Under the pieces are notes generated by a model. That model did no database searches. It saw only the letters and a program-made list of their open reading frames with translations, and had not been told where the DNA came from. 64,000 nt of DNA, from assembly GCF_009914755.1 (NCBI RefSeq), contig NC_060948.1. One strand, given 5' to 3'. Below, in pieces: positions 1 to 19,300 of this stretch. This DNA comes from the human T2T-CHM13v2.0 reference genome, Homo sapiens. Each line of letters begins with the position of its first letter. The stretch's first letter is position 1. The position numbers were made by a program, and so were the translations under genes.

Positions 1-949
1 CGTCTGCAAAATAAGTTTTAGGCTTATTATACTTGAGTATTTGCATAAAGCGCAGCAAGAACTGATTGGTCATATGGGCTCTTCTCAGGCTGGATTTGCT
101 GGAACTTTACCTAAAACTACATTATTTTAGTCAAAGCCTTGGTCAAATAACCAGTGTTCACAATTGTGTCCTATTTCAAAAGAAAACAGTCCTACTAAAC
201 TCATGAAAACCACTATATATGGTCATAACATAAGAATAGTCAGAAATAGTTTCCAAATTGTGGAGAAGTCAGGTAGAGAGAAATGTAAATTTTGCTCACA
301 GGAACATGCAATCCAATCACTCTAAACTGTAAATATCTCAAAAGAAAAAAAAGATGTTAATGTTTCTTTAACCAGAGCAACAGCCTTCCAAACAAGATGT
401 TGTTTGTTTACCTTGGAACTGCAATTCACATGCAAAGACGTATTTATTGGGCACTGTAAAATCCAACAGCTCCTCACATAGGTACACAGTCAGTCTGAAG
501 AGGAAAAAGAGGCTCCCTCTTTGTATGTTATCTTTGCATTCCCCAGGTAGCAGGTCCTATATGAACCATTTATATGTCATCACGGAACTCTTTTGGACAC
601 CATTATTTCCATTAGCTTCAGTTAACATCCCATAGCAAGCGTGTAATTGCCTCTGCTGTCAAAAAGGGTCAAACTCTGTAAACTAATCTCAGATATTTCT
701 TCTGAGCCAAATATGAGTGACTAGTGGCCCCTAGCACAGGCCTCAGGAGATCCTGAGAACGTGTGCCCAGGGTTGTTGAGTTACAGATTGGCTTTATGCA
801 TTTTAGGGAGACATAAGACACCCCTCAATACATGTAAGATGGACATTGGTTCAGCCAGGAAAGGTGACACACCTCAAAGTGGGGGCTTGCAGGTCATAGA
901 TAGGTGCATAGATTTTCTCATTGGAAATTGGTAGAAAGAGTTCAGTTAT
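1..949 (-). mobile_element. MER4-group ERV1 internal remnant plus MER4-type LTR fragment (from ~657)
   Basis: MER4 LTR hallmark 'ttctgagccaaatatgagtgac...cctcaggagatcctgagaacgtgtgcccagg' at ~700-770; subfamily and boundaries approximate. Confidence 0.6.
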
Positions 950-1510
950 TGTTACAGTAGGTAGCTAGTCAGGCATAAGCAGGGCAGGAAAGGCTCTCCC
1001 CAGCCCCACCAGGAATGTCAGGCGAGCATCAGGCGGTTATTAAACTGTCTCTCTAAAATAATAATTGGTCACAGTCAGCACCAGGGAAAGGCTGTCTCCC
1101 AGTAAATAGAAAACACCTAAAGCTGGTGGTTAGCAGCTTCCCAATACGATCTCAGGAAGTGAGTGAGTGGGCTCAAGCATGCACACTGAGAAGCAAAACG
1201 GTGGAGTTTAACTGGTCTATAACCTTCTAGGAACATTCAGCTGGTGAAGGAAGAACGCCTCAAGTGAGCATGCGTCCAACTCCAGTAAACACACTGCGCA
1301 TGCTCCCCTCCCAAGTGCTGGCAGGCCACTGTGCATGTGGACAGCCCAACCCCAAGAGAAGACTCAGCGGAGAAGGGACACAAGACTCCAGAAGCATGCC
1401 AACCTATAAAACCCCAAGTCTGAAGGTCAACCGTACACTTGATCTCTTAGGTCAGCTACTTGGCCGTCTTCCAAGTGTACTTTCCTTCTTTTCATTCCTG
1501 CTCTAAAACT
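950..1510 (+). mobile_element. MER50-like ERV1 LTR, cut at its 3' end by an Alu
   Basis: Starts TGTTACAGTAGGTAGCTAGTCAGGCA; TATA-like cctataaaa at ~1404; family recognised from memory. Confidence 0.6.
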
Positions 1511-1812
<302 letters not shown>

Positions 1813-2001
1813 TCAATTTTTCTTAAACTTCTCCAATCTGAGGCAAATGAAGAAAATTGGCATGGGGCCCCTTAATGTTGGGGAACCAATTGGGGTTCCC
1901 TGTGGCCCACCCAACCTTTGATCATGTTGTAAAGTCTTTTGTTTTAACTCCATCAATTTTCCTTTTCTTTGTTTCATTTCTTAATAATTATCTAAGGATT
2001 C

Positions 2002-2222
2002 CAGCCTGGCCAACATTGTGAAACTTCGTCTCTAGTAAAAATACAAAAAAAAATTTGCTGGGCTTGGTGGCAGATGCCTGTAAACCCAGCTACTCGGGAT
2101 GTTGAGGCAGGAGAATCGCTTGAACCTGGGAGGTGGGGTTGCAGTGAGTCGAGACGGCACCGTTGCATGTCAGCCTGGGCAATAAGAGTGAAACTCCATC
2201 TCGAAAAATAAAAAAATTAATA
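2002..2222 (+). mobile_element. Alu, 5'-truncated
   Basis: ccagcctggccaaca...gcagtgagtcgaga...A-rich tail. Confidence 0.9.
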
Positions 2223-2334
2223 ATAATAACAAAATAATTATCTAAAGATTTCCATCCTTCTGGCATGAGCCCTTTGACTCACTTTTCCCTTCCCTGTTTT
2301 TGTTTGTTAATTTATTAATTTTGTTTGTTAATTA

Positions 2335-3054
2335 GTGAAAGGAAACCAAAATCCCCAAGCCAAGGGGAAAACGCAAGCTGGGAACTGCATCAGAAAAACC
2401 TGCCTCCCATTTTCTCCTAAATAAGACAGCTATGAAGACAAAAACAAACAAACAAACAAACAAACAAAAAGCTACATACCTCTTTCATAATTTGCCCACA
2501 AAGAAATTTTTTGTGGACCTCAAGATCTTTACCCTAAAACAGTTCTGTTCAATTTCACCTTGGCTTATCTTCACAGATGTGGGTCAAAGGAGAGACAGAA
2601 GTGAAAGTCAGCCCTCTCTGCTCACCTGAGACAAATGTGTATCTGATAGATTCCCCTGCACTATTGTTTACGCAAACATGCAGATTCACTGAACAGGCAT
2701 CAGCCACTATTCCTCTACCCACCACCCCCAACCCCCAACCCCCATCACATGTAAATTATGTAATCTTATCAAAGACTGAAAAGAATGTAAACTTTTGTGT
2801 CTTGTCCATCCATGACCTGGAATCCCCCACTTTGAGTCATTCTACCTTTTTGGACGGAACCAATGTACATGATACATGTATTGATTGATGTCTCATGTCT
2901 CCCTAAAATGTAGAAAACCAAGCTGTATGCAGACCACACTGGGCACATGTTCTCAGGATCTTCTGAAGTCTGTGTCATGGGCGGCCATAGTCACTCATAT
3001 TTGGCTGAGAATAAATCTCTTAAAAAAATTTACAGTTTGTCTCTTCTCGTTGAC
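2335..3054 (+). mobile_element. MER4-family LTR
   Basis: tgaaagga...; 'accacactgggcacatgttctcaggatc'; aataaa at ~3010; ends 'tcgttgaca'. Confidence 0.7.
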
Positions 3055-3282
3055 ACCCTAGTCTTTTGGTAGCATCTGTAAGACCCATGAGGGAAAGCTA
3101 CAACTGCAAATTTGATAAGGTTTCTCAAACCACTGTTTGATTCTGCAAGAGTCATGTCACCTGGGGTGCTTTTGTAGAAGGGGACCCTTGAACCACAACA
3201 TTTATAGAAATAAAGCTTTCCTTTCCAAATTTATGAACTTCACAGTTCTTCAGCTAGCATCATTAATACACTGAGAATCTAT

Positions 3283-3812
3283 TGTGAACCCAAAATATCT
3301 GAGACAGGTCTCAGTCAATTTAGACAGTTTCTTTTGCCAAGGTTGAGAATGTGCACCTGTGACACAGCCTCAGGAAGTCCTGACGATATGTGCCCAAGGT
3401 GTTCGGGGCACAGCTTGCTTTTATATATTTTAGGGAGACATGAGACACCAATCAATATGTGTAAGACATACATGGGTTCAGTTCAGTAATTCAGGACAAC
3501 TTGAAGTGAGGGCTTTCAGATTAGAAGTAGACATGAGACAAAAGGTTACATATTCTTTTGAGTCCTTGATCAGCTTTCCACTGAATGCACAATTTAGGCT
3601 GGCTCCGTGAATCTGCACTTTTACATAAGCAATGGGGCAGAGGAAATTGTCAGTTAAGTATTTGTCTCGGGAGCCTTGGAAGGATGACTTTGAGTTCCAT
3701 CTGTCCTTTGTCCACAAGGAATTTCCTTAAGCACAAATTGTGAGGGGGGTATGTAGCTTCTTATCTTTGTAGCTGTCTTGTTTAAGAATCAAATGGGAGG
3801 CAGTCTTGCCTG
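3283..3812 (-). mobile_element. MER4A-like LTR
   Basis: tgtgaacccaaaatatctgagacaggtctcagtcaatttaga... typical of the MER4A reverse strand. Confidence 0.7.
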
Positions 3813-3814
3813 TT

Positions 3815-4005
3815 ACGCTTGGCTCTCACTCTGTCTTTGCCTGCCACCATCCATGAAAGATATGACTTGTTCCTCTCTACCCTCCATCATGATCGTGAGG
3901 CTTCCCCAGTCACGTGGAACTGTAAGTCTAATTACCCCTCTTTCTTTTGTAAATTGCCCAATCTCAGGTATGTCTTTACCAGCGGCATGAAAATGGACTA
4001 ATACA
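3815..4005 (+). mobile_element. MST/THE1 MaLR LTR, 3' fragment
   Basis: 'gtgaggcttccccagtcacgtggaactgtaag...ggactaataca' end motif. Confidence 0.8.
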
Positions 4006-4327
4006 TTGGGTAATGGGCATATTCAGCTGGCGAATATCCCGGTCATCATGAAGCCAATCCCACATGGCTTGCATATGAAGCACATCAGCTGCTTTATCTA
4101 GGGTGCTCCACTTTGCATTTTATAGGGAGGGCTGGGCAGTCCCCTTTTCAGGATAAACAGACCTTGTAGTGGTGTTTACCTAGTCCACCAGGCTGGCCAT
4201 TTCCTCAGGAAAAACTTCCTGTGCATCTGGGCCCCATACACTCATCAGCAAGTGTTTAATAGTGAGTGAGCTGCAGGCCCTGCACCAGCCCAAACATGCT
4301 CTTGCTTTCTGTGGCATTTAAAAATTA

Positions 4328-4640
<313 letters not shown>

Positions 4641-4737
4641 CATACTGTACTTAAAGTAGTCATTCTTACAACCCATTTTAAAAAAGGGAACTCAGGAAGC
4701 TGACGATACCAATCTAGAAGATGAACCAATTCCTTTT

Positions 4738-4954
4738 CAAGCTTGTCCAATCCACAGCCCACGGGCCGCACGTGGCTCAGGACAGCTTTGAATGTGGCCC
4801 TACACAAATTTGTAAACTTTCTGAAAATGTTATGAGATATTTTTTGCCTTTTTTTTCTCATCAGCTATCATCAGTGTTTATGTATTTTATGCATGGCCCG
4901 AGACAATTTTTCTTCCAATGTGGCCCAGGGAAGCCAAAAGATTGAACAGCCCTG
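4738..4954 (+). mobile_element. MER30-like hAT DNA transposon (non-autonomous)
   Basis: 'gacagctttgaatgtggccctacacaaatttgtaaactttc...gggaagccaaaagattgaacagccctg'. Confidence 0.7.
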
Positions 4955-5347
4955 TAAATACCCTCTGGGTTTAATAGCTACTTGGTTTTGCCCTTCCTCC
5001 ACATGTCTATCTTCTTGGTAATCACAGGTCTCAGGGGTAACTATTGGTTGGCCTGGCTGAATTTTTCCTTTCGTAGGAAGCTTTGAGGTACTTGGCCTGA
5101 TCTGAGACAAACCCACATCTGAGCTTGGTGCCGCCTTCACGCCCAAGCCAGCGCTCTTTTACTTTCATTTTAGCCACTACAGAGGCAGTAAGCAAGGGAT
5201 TGAATAGTTCACTTTTTCCTTATTAATTTGCATTTCCTTTACATCCAGTGAACTAAATTCCCTGGGAGTATGAGTAAGATCCATCTCTAAATTCCTCTGG
5301 TGGCTCTGACCTTTAGTGACTGAAGGCAAGTCAGCTGCATCTCCTTA

Positions 5348-9123
<3,776 letters not shown>

Positions 9124-9289
9124 CTACTCTTGCCTTTCTTAGATTACATTCCATTTTGCTGGAGTCAATCAACTAACTTTTTCCTCAAAGGTCTTTGAGG
9201 GATAACATTTTTGAGCATTTGCAAATTTGAAACACCCTGTAAAGACCAAAAATGGCACATTCATTTCTTCAGCCTCTCCATACCTAAGG

Positions 9290-9645
9290 TGATATGGTTT
9301 GGCTGTGTCCCCACCTAAAGCTCATCTTCAGTGGTACCTCCCATAATTGCCACGTGTTGTGGGAGGAACCTAGTGAAAGATAATTGAATCATGGGGGTGG
9401 TTTCCCAATACTGTTCTCATGGTAATGAGTAAGCCTTATGAGATCTGATGGTTTTATAAGAGGTTTCCCCTTTCACTTGGCTCTTTTTTCTCTCTTGCCT
9501 GCCACCATGTGAGACATGTCTTTTCCCTTCTGCCATGATTGTGAGGCCTCCCCAGTGATGTGGAACTGTGAGTCCATTAAACCTCTTTCCTTTATAAGTT
9601 ACCGAGTCTTGGGCATGTCTTTATCAGCCGCATGAGACTAATACC
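9290..9645 (+). mobile_element. THE1/MST MaLR solo LTR
   Basis: Begins TGATATGGTTTGGCTGTGTCCCCACC, ends 'gactaatac', ~355 bp. Confidence 0.9.
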
Positions 9646-10122
9646 TGAGGAATATGTTCCTTCTGGCAAACATGCAGGGCAGCAAACACAAGGGCGCTCT
9701 GGGGCTATTTCTTACATCTCCCTCCTACCACCTTAACAATTCTCCAAAATATTGCCGTGAGTTTTGGAAAATATAATAATGAAGGAAGTGTTTGCCCCCA
9801 TCAACGCATTGCCAGCTCTCTGGCAAAACCACAAATCCCAGAAAATCTCTTCTCAGACATCTTCCAGAACTCACGTCTTTAAGGTTAATGGTAGGAGGCT
9901 TCCCATGTGGGAACGTCGCTGATGAAGACTCTGTCTGTCCTTCACTCTCTCTCAATTCCCACAGTCCTCTGAATATGTGGCTTTTCATGTCCCAGCATGG
10001 GATGATAGACAGATCAGGGCAGATGGTTTGAGTAAGACTCCTACTTCAGCTACCTCATGTTTCTTATACATTCATTGACACCTCTTATTTTGTCAGCATT
10101 TTATTTTTATTTTTAATTGACA

Positions 10123-10162
<40 letters not shown>

Positions 10163-10967
10163 TGTAACATGGAATGCTTTGATATATGTTCGCAATGTGA
10201 AATGATTACATTAGGCAAGTTAATAAATCTATCCCCTCCCAGGAGCAATAAGTTTAGTGATCTATTGCATGGAATGATGACCATAATAAGTAATAATGCA
10301 TGGTATATTTTAATGACCACTTCTTCCTAATCTAAGTTCTGGGTTAAGAAAATTCAACCTCAGTCTTTCTTGTAATAAAATAAAATTACTGTCATCTTAA
10401 AGTGCTCGTTCCAGCCTCTTCTGAGTGTTTTAGCATATTTATCTATTTAATCTTTGCAGCAACTCTATGAAGCATTTGCTATTGTAGTCATTTTAAAGTT
10501 GAGACACTGCATACAAAGAAGTTAAGTGACACTTATTTTTCCCTAGCCAACAAATAGAACGAACTTGAAAAGCAGACATTCAGTTTTAGAGTCTGCATGT
10601 TTCACCATCAGTTTTTATTTCTCTAAAAATGCTGAATTGTGGAGGACAGATTGGGTACTTTGACTCTCTAAAATGGACATGTTTTGTTGGTACATATGTA
10701 CCCTCATATCCCCTGGATTAACATAAAACAAACCGAGTCTTTTCCTTATGGCCATTTCCTCCTAATGGCTGAAGAAAACATCAATGACAAGTCTCTAGCA
10801 AGAACACCTGCGCCACGCTTGAATGATGAAACGAGTAGTTGAGAAATGTTTGTCTAGCGCCTCCTAGTGGCACATTAGTGAAGTGGGGGCATAATTTATT
10901 GGTTCATTCAGGTCAAAGTCTGCAGTGTCCCTACAATGTAAAGAGGGATAAGAAATAGCAGAATCGG

Positions 10968-12342
<1,375 letters not shown>

Positions 12343-12346
12343 AATG

Positions 12347-12757
12347 GTGAGAACAAGAAGCAGAAGCAGACAAAGGACCAAATTGAGACTAGCTAAAACA
12401 TGGAAGCAGCATTCCATAAGACATGCTCAATAGCATGCCTTGTCAGTTTACCATTGCCATGGCAACATCTGGGAGTAACTGGCCTCTTCTATGGCAATGA
12501 CCTGAGCACTCAGAAGTTACCACCCTTTTCGTAGAAATTTCTGCATAAACTGCGCATTAATCTACACGCAATTAAAAGTCGGTATAAATATTACTGCAGT
12601 AGTGCCCTGACCCCTGCTCTCTGCAGGGGTAGTCACACTACCACCTCCATAAAGCTGTCTCTTCCACCACTGGCTCACTCTTGAGTTCTTTCCTGAGGGA
12701 AGCCAAGACCTCTCCCAGGCTAAGCCCCAATTTGGGACTCACTTGCCCTGTTTCCAT
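12347..12757 (+). mobile_element. MER41-type LTR, 5'-truncated
   Basis: 'gtcagtttaccattgccatggcaac...gaagttaccacccttttc...gccaagacctctcccaggctaagccccaattt' MER41 motifs. Confidence 0.7.
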
Positions 12758-13156
12758 CTGTAGATCTTCTCTTTGTCTTTTGTAGTCTGCAGTCACACAT
12801 GCTTCAAATTTTGGATTTATATTTGTTTATTCTGCTTAGAATTACTTCCTATGCGTATTGCCAAATGCCTTTCTTCAATTAAATAACAGTTTTAGCCATG
12901 TTTCTTTATTTTTTTCTTAAATGTTGACTCTTCACCATTTTTTCTTATTTTATGTTTAAGGAATGACAATTAAACTGCAATTGATGATGCTTACAACAAC
13001 ATTTGTAATAATATTTATTGACTGCTTATTCTACACAAGGCAATTTCACATTAATTAATGCATGTAATCCTCATAGCTTCTCTGTAAAGTAGACACTGGT
13101 TTTCCTCATTTTACACATGAAGAAACCAAATCACAGGAACATCTCCATGATGATAT

Positions 13157-13645
13157 TGGAACAGGAATTAAAAGAAATTAAAGAGTGTGTAAGCAAAAAC
13201 TCAGTTGTTTGTAGGAAAACCCAATTTCCCCTGAGGAAGAGAAAGAGCTGGAGTCCTTTAAAATTAACTGGCTGTTTTTCTGTCTGTGGCTAGTGAGCCT
13301 TCTCTCTCCCTTTCCAGGCATTGTGAAGATGCTGCTTCTCTAGCTGAGCAGCTGCAAAGTCACTGGATGGATAATCTCAAGTCATAAAACATGTTGTTTC
13401 TTGAAAAGTAAGAAATTATGTAATGCATGTCTTAATTGAGTAACTGTCTTTGTTTCTCACTTCTGTAATATGCTTCCCCCTGCACAGATCTCCCCCTGCC
13501 CCCAGAAAATGCTTAAAAGGAGCTTGAATCTTTGTTTGAGGCTCAGTCCTTTGGATGTTAATCTCACTGGGTCGGTGCACCTAAATAATTAAATAACTCC
13601 TCCTCAACCCCTCAGTCTCTCCGATTCCTTAATTATCCCACTGCA
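13157..13645 (+). mobile_element. 5' LTR (LTR15)
   Basis: tggaacaggaatt...ccactgca, direct repeat of 22407-22890. Confidence 0.93.
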
Positions 13646-13649
13646 TTTC

Positions 13650-13667
13650 TGGTGGCCCAGATGGGGG
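13650..13667 (+). promoter_or_regulatory. Primer-binding site, tRNA-Ile-like
   Basis: tggtggcccagatggggg 4 nt after the LTR vs tRNA-Ile complement TGGTGGCCCGTACGGGGA. Confidence 0.8.
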
Positions 13668-14083
13668 TTGGAGATGAAAGATTTACTGTCTCCTTTTCCT
13701 GTGGGACTAGAGCCCCAGGGCCTGGAAGACCCAGCATCTAAGGTGTGCCACGGGGGAGCTTCACCCAGATGGAAACCACCTTTCCTGGCATTCTAGCGCC
13801 CTGCCCAGCAGTGCAACAGGACCGGGGATGGAGCTGCAGGACAATACCAGCACTTCAGGAACCGCGGTAAGGAGTAAGAGCTCAAGGCGGGAAAGCCCAT
13901 CCTATCCCATAGGGACAAAGAGGAGCTTGATCACCTCCTGGGGACCGATCACAAATCCAACCAAGAGTGGCTGGGGGTAGCAGGAGTGGCCTGCCAATTT
14001 GGATGAACCTCATGTCCCCCTAACAAGTAAAGTATTTCACTGGTGGAGAAAATGGGCCGATAGAGCGGCGAGTAAGAACTTGG

Positions 14084-14140
14084 AGCTTCCTTCCTTGCAG
14101 GAAGCTTCCTTCCTTGCAGGTAGCTTCCTTCCTTGCAGGA
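14084..14140 (+). repeat. 19-bp tandem repeat x3 in the HERV15 leader
   Basis: agcttccttccttgcagg at 14084, 14103 and 14122. Confidence 0.95.
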
Positions 14141-14626
14141 AGACCTTGCTGGCAGGGTGGCAAGAGTGATTTGCCACCCCAAGTGGGAGTGCATGGGTGT
14201 ATGTGGACCTACCCAGGACATGAGAGATGCTCTTTTCGTCCAATGAGGAGTCCTGGGGTAGGCATGATGTCTGTATGTGTATGAATGTGGGAGCCTAACC
14301 AGGCTCACCTGGGACACGGGAGAGGCCTGTTTTGCCCGATGAGGAGTCCTGGGGCAGGAAAGGTGTGTGAAAGAGATGGTCTCCATAGAGGCCAATGTGG
14401 GGAGTAACGTGGGGAGGCACAGATCCCTTGGCATGGGCTATGTGCTCCGAGGCAAGTGCAGGGGAAACCAGACCTAGGACATTTTATGTGGCTGACAGGA
14501 CCAGCTCCATGGCTGCGGTAGGCTGTGAGAGTGGAAGGCACATTCCTGGCTAAGCAGCGTCCAAAACTCCTGTAATAGCACCCAGTCTGGTGAACCTGAG
14601 AGTGAAAGTGCATTACAAAGGAGGAA

Positions 14627-16320
14627 ATGGGAGGAAAAGCGTCGAAACTGACTCCTTTTGAGTGCATGATAAAGAGTTTTAAAACAGGATTTACAGGTGA
14701 TTATGGGATGAAACTGGATGCTCAAAAGTTAAGGACATACTGTGAGATAAATTGGCCTGCTTTTAATGTGGGGTGGCCCTCTGAAGGTACAATAGAAAGG
14801 GAATTAATTGGCAGTGTGTTTAAGGTGGCCACTGGAGTTGGAGGACAATCAGGATATCCAGACCAGAGTCCCTAAATAGACTCTTGGCTCAGTGTGGCAC
14901 AAACTTGCCCCAAGTGGCTACAGCCCTGCCTAGAAGGATAGTGCAAGGTATTAATGGCTCAGGCAGCCCAACCAAAGGAAGCAGAGGAACCTAAAGCCCC
15001 TAGAGTCTCTCAAGAAAAGGAGTCCCTGAAGCCTCAGCTGAAACTACTTCTTCAGTTTCCACCTGAGGAAAGGGAATTTCCGCCCCCATATATGCCGCCA
15101 GTCTACCTGTCTTTGGCCAGTATAAGGCAGGAGGCAGAGTCAGGAGCATCCACAGAGTCAGGCTGAGAGGAAAGTGAGGCCCAGTCTCCCCCAACCCCAG
15201 AGGAACAAAAGCCTCCCTTAGAAAAAAACCAGGAAGATGGACAGAGCAAGGCAGCTGGGTGCCTCCGCTCAGGCTGACCACAGGCTTTGCAGATGCCACT
15301 TCGAGAGAACAGGACACAAGTTTATGATGACCAAGGGCAGATACAAGGAGGCTCTAGGCTTTATGTTTATCAGCCTTTCTCCACTACTGATCTCTTAAAT
15401 TGGAAACAGCATGCCCCCTTGTATGCAGAAAAGCCTCAGGCTGTCATTGATTTGGTGAATTCTATTATTATAACACAAAACCCAACCTGGCCAGATTGTC
15501 AACTACTTTTGCTAACTTTAATACAGAGGAGCATAGGAGAGTTAATCAGGCAGCTCTCAGCTGGTTAGAAGGGGAAGCCCCAGAGGCCACCCGTAACCCA
15601 TGCCAGTTCTCCGTGGAGCGATACCCAAATGAGGACCCTAACTGGGACCCAAATGAGGCTGGGGACATGGAACAGCTGCATTATATAGAAGGGCACTCCT
15701 GAACAGGATAAAAGCAGGAGGAAGGAAGGCATTGAATATCCATAACATATCAGAAGTGGGCCAAAAGCCTGATGAAAGCCGCAGTGCATTCTATGAAAGG
15801 CTTTGTGAGGCATAGAGGCTGTACACTCCAATTATTCCAGAGGCTCCTGAAAACCAAAATATGATAAATATGACCTTTGTCAGGCAAGCTCAGGGAGACA
15901 TAATATGAAAGCTTCAGAAGTTGGAAGGCTTTTCAGGGAAAAATATTAGTAAACTCCTGGAAATAGCAAACAAAGTATTAAAAAACTGGGAAGAAGAGGC
16001 AGAGAAAAAGGAAGAAAGAAAAACGAGAAATAGAAACAAAGAGACAGCTCAATTTCTGCTGCACTAGCAGAAAGTAACCCTGGACTTGTTAGAGGGTGAG
16101 GCCGAGGCAGAGGCCAAGGAACAGGGCAGACAAGACCCAGAGATGAAAGCCAGTCCCAGTTGGACAGGAATCAATGTGAAAGGTGCAGGCAAATGGGCCA
16201 CTGGAAAGATGAGTGCCCTGAAAAGGAAAAGGATGATGATGGTCAGTGGTCTAACACCCAAGTGCGGTGTTAGGTTGCTAGCAGTGGTACTTCCAAGGCA
16301 GATCCCGATCTGATCGGCTT
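14627..16320 (+). pseudogene. gag: HERV15 gag, disrupted
   Basis: MGGKASK start, PPPY late domain, YVYQPFSTTDLLNWK capsid start, CERCRQMGHWKDECP zinc knuckle at ~16175; stops and frameshifts; 3' end approximate. Confidence 0.88.
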
Positions 16321-16329
16321 GGCAGGGGC

Positions 16330-19300
16330 TGAGAATTTAGAGGACTCAGACAGACCAGGCTCCATCCTTTTAGGCCTTGTGGAGCCTATGGTCTCTATGG
16401 AAGTAGGGGGCCGATTAATGAATGGATTTTTTGGTCAATACTGGTGCTGATTTCTCTGTGGTAACTCACCCAATTAGCCCCTCCTCAAAGAACTGTGCTA
16501 CTATCATAGGGGCTAGAGAGGCCAAAGAAAAGAGACCTTTTTGCAATTCCAGGAGACACGTTATTGAGGGATAAGAAGTGCAGCATGGTTTCTATATAAG
16601 CCAAATTGCCCAGTGCCTTTGTAAGGGAGAGACTTACTCCAGAAACTGCAGGCACAAATTTCCTTTACACCTGAAGGGAATACGACACCGGAATTTGGAA
16701 AGTCTAAGGCAATGGTATTGATTCTAACTGTCCCAGAGGCTGAGGAATGGCAGCTCTCTGAACTGTGTGCCAGAAGGACCTACACAGTATGTAGGGAATG
16801 CTTTTCAAGGTTCCAGGTGTATGGGCTGAGGACAATCCTCCTGGACTTGCTGTAAACAGACACCCAGTGGTAATAGAGCTTAACACTCATGCTGCCCTGG
16901 TATGAGTCTGTCAATACCCCCTACCCAAAGAGGTAATTGAAGGCATAACACAACATCTAAATCGGCTCTATGAACAAGGGATTATAGTAAAATGCAAGTC
17001 CTCTTGGAATACTCCTCTGCAGCCTGTGCACAAGCCAAATGGTGAATACAGGCCAGTGCAGGACTTCTGGGTGGCAAACAAGGCCACTGTCACTATCTAT
17101 GCCATAGTACCCAACCCATACACCATGTTAGGACAGATTCCTGCTGAGGCCATGTGGTTCATGTGTCTAGACTTAAAGGATGTTTTCTTTGCTTGAGACT
17201 TGCTCCCCAAAGTCAGCCTATATTTGCCTTCCAGTGGGGGCAATTGTAATATACCTGGACAAGACTGCCACAAGGATTTAAGAATTCTCCCATTATCTTT
17301 GAGGACGCTTTGGCTACCAACCTTGAAGCTTTTGCACCATTTAGTGACAATTCTGTGGTATTACAATACATTCATGATTTGCTATTCGCTGCCCCCAGGA
17401 GGGAGGAATATCTCCAAGGAATAGAGAGGCTTCTTCACCTGCTGTGTGAAGCTGGTTACAAAGTGTCCAAGGACAAGGCAAAAGTCTGTTTTCTGGAGGT
17501 TGGATATCTAGGATTCATGGTATCCCAAAGCCTGCACAGGCTTGGAAGTGCATGCAAGGAGGCTTTATGTGCATTGCCCACCTCAGTTACAAGGCAGCAG
17601 GTCAGGGAATTTCTGGGTGCAGTGAGATTGTGCCAAATCTGGATTCCAAACTTCTCCCTTATAGCAAGGCCCTTATTTGAGGCTAGCAAAGGAAAGGAAA
17701 GAGAGCCCCTCCTATGGGAAAAAGAATAGGAAAAGGCCTTCAAGGATATAAAGGAAGCTCTCATCCAGGCCCCAGCACTAGGGTTGCCAGATGTTAAAAA
17801 ACCCTTCTTTTTGTATGTGGATGAATGAAAGGGAATGTTATTTGGAGTCTTAACTCAGTTGTTAGGCTCTTGGTATCAGCCAGTAGCATACTTTTATCCA
17901 AGAGACTGGACTTGGTGGCCTTAGGTTGGCCCATTGCCTCAGGGCACTGGCAGCTACTGCGATCCTTATAGAAGATGCCAACAAGCTAGCCCTAGGTCAG
18001 AAGATAATATTCCGGGTGCCACACACTGTAGTCACCTTAATGGGGCAAAGAGGACGTCGTTGGCTGTCCCACTCTAGAATGCTAAAGTATCAAGTGCTTC
18101 TGTGTGAGAATCTGCGGGTAACACTACAGACTAAATGCCTTGAACCCAACTACCCTGCTGCCTGTGGAGGAACCCAATTGGAAACATGGTGGGTTGCCTC
18201 AATGCTGGCAGGACCTTCCCCACTGTTGCATAAATATGGTGGATGAAGTGTTCTTGAGCTGGGAAGATCTCAGAGATACCCGCTTGGAGAGCCCAGATGT
18301 TGAATACTTCACTGATGGTAGCAGTTTCATAACAGATGGGGTGTGATATGCAGGGTATAAAGTAGTAACACAACACTCGGTAGTTGAGGCTCAAGCCTTA
18401 ACTTCTGGGACTTCCGCTCAGAGGGCTGAATTAATAGCATTAACTAGAGCACTGTTATTGGCCAAGAGGAAGAAAGTAAGTATATATACTGACTCAAGAT
18501 ATGTTTTTGCAACCCTACACGACCATGGGGCAATATAAAAAGAGAGAGGACTATTGACTACTGAAGGAAATGATATAAAAAATAAAGAAGAAATTTTGCA
18601 ATTAATAGAAGACATATGGGCTCCAGAGAAGGTGGCTGTCATTCATTGCAAAGGGCACTAAATCAGGAAAGGCTATGAGGCACAGGGCAACAGATAGGCA
18701 GACCAAGAGGCTCAGCAGGCAGCAATGAGCAAGGTTTTACCTGAAGAAAGAACTCCAGCAATGCCTCTCCTTATAGAGCCCCCTTTACTTGAGGTACCCA
18801 ATTACTCTTTAAGTGAAAAAGCTTGGTTTCATCACGAAACAGGAAACATATATTAAAGATAGTTGGTGGCTGTTCTCTGACGGGAGGCTAGCCATCCCTG
18901 AAACAATAGCCCCAAGGTTTGTGAAGCAGATCCATCAAGGAACACACATTGGAAGGACGGCCCTAGAGATTTTGATAGGTCAGCATTTCTATGTACCATG
19001 GCTGTCTGCAATCACCCATGCTGTTTGTGAACAATGTCTATCCTGTGCCTAGAATAATCCAAGACAAGAACCTACTTGATCCCCTGGAATACAGGAAGTG
19101 GGAGCTGTGCCTTGTGAGAACCTGCTTATAGACTTTACCAAGTTACCTCAAGCAGGAGGTTACTGGTATATGCTAGTGTTTGTTTGCACCTTCTTGGGAT
19201 GTGTTGAGGCCTTCCCAACCAGGAATGAAAAGGCACGAGAGGTGACAAAGGTAATATTAAAAGACATCATACCAAGATTTAGGTTGACTTTAATCCTAGG

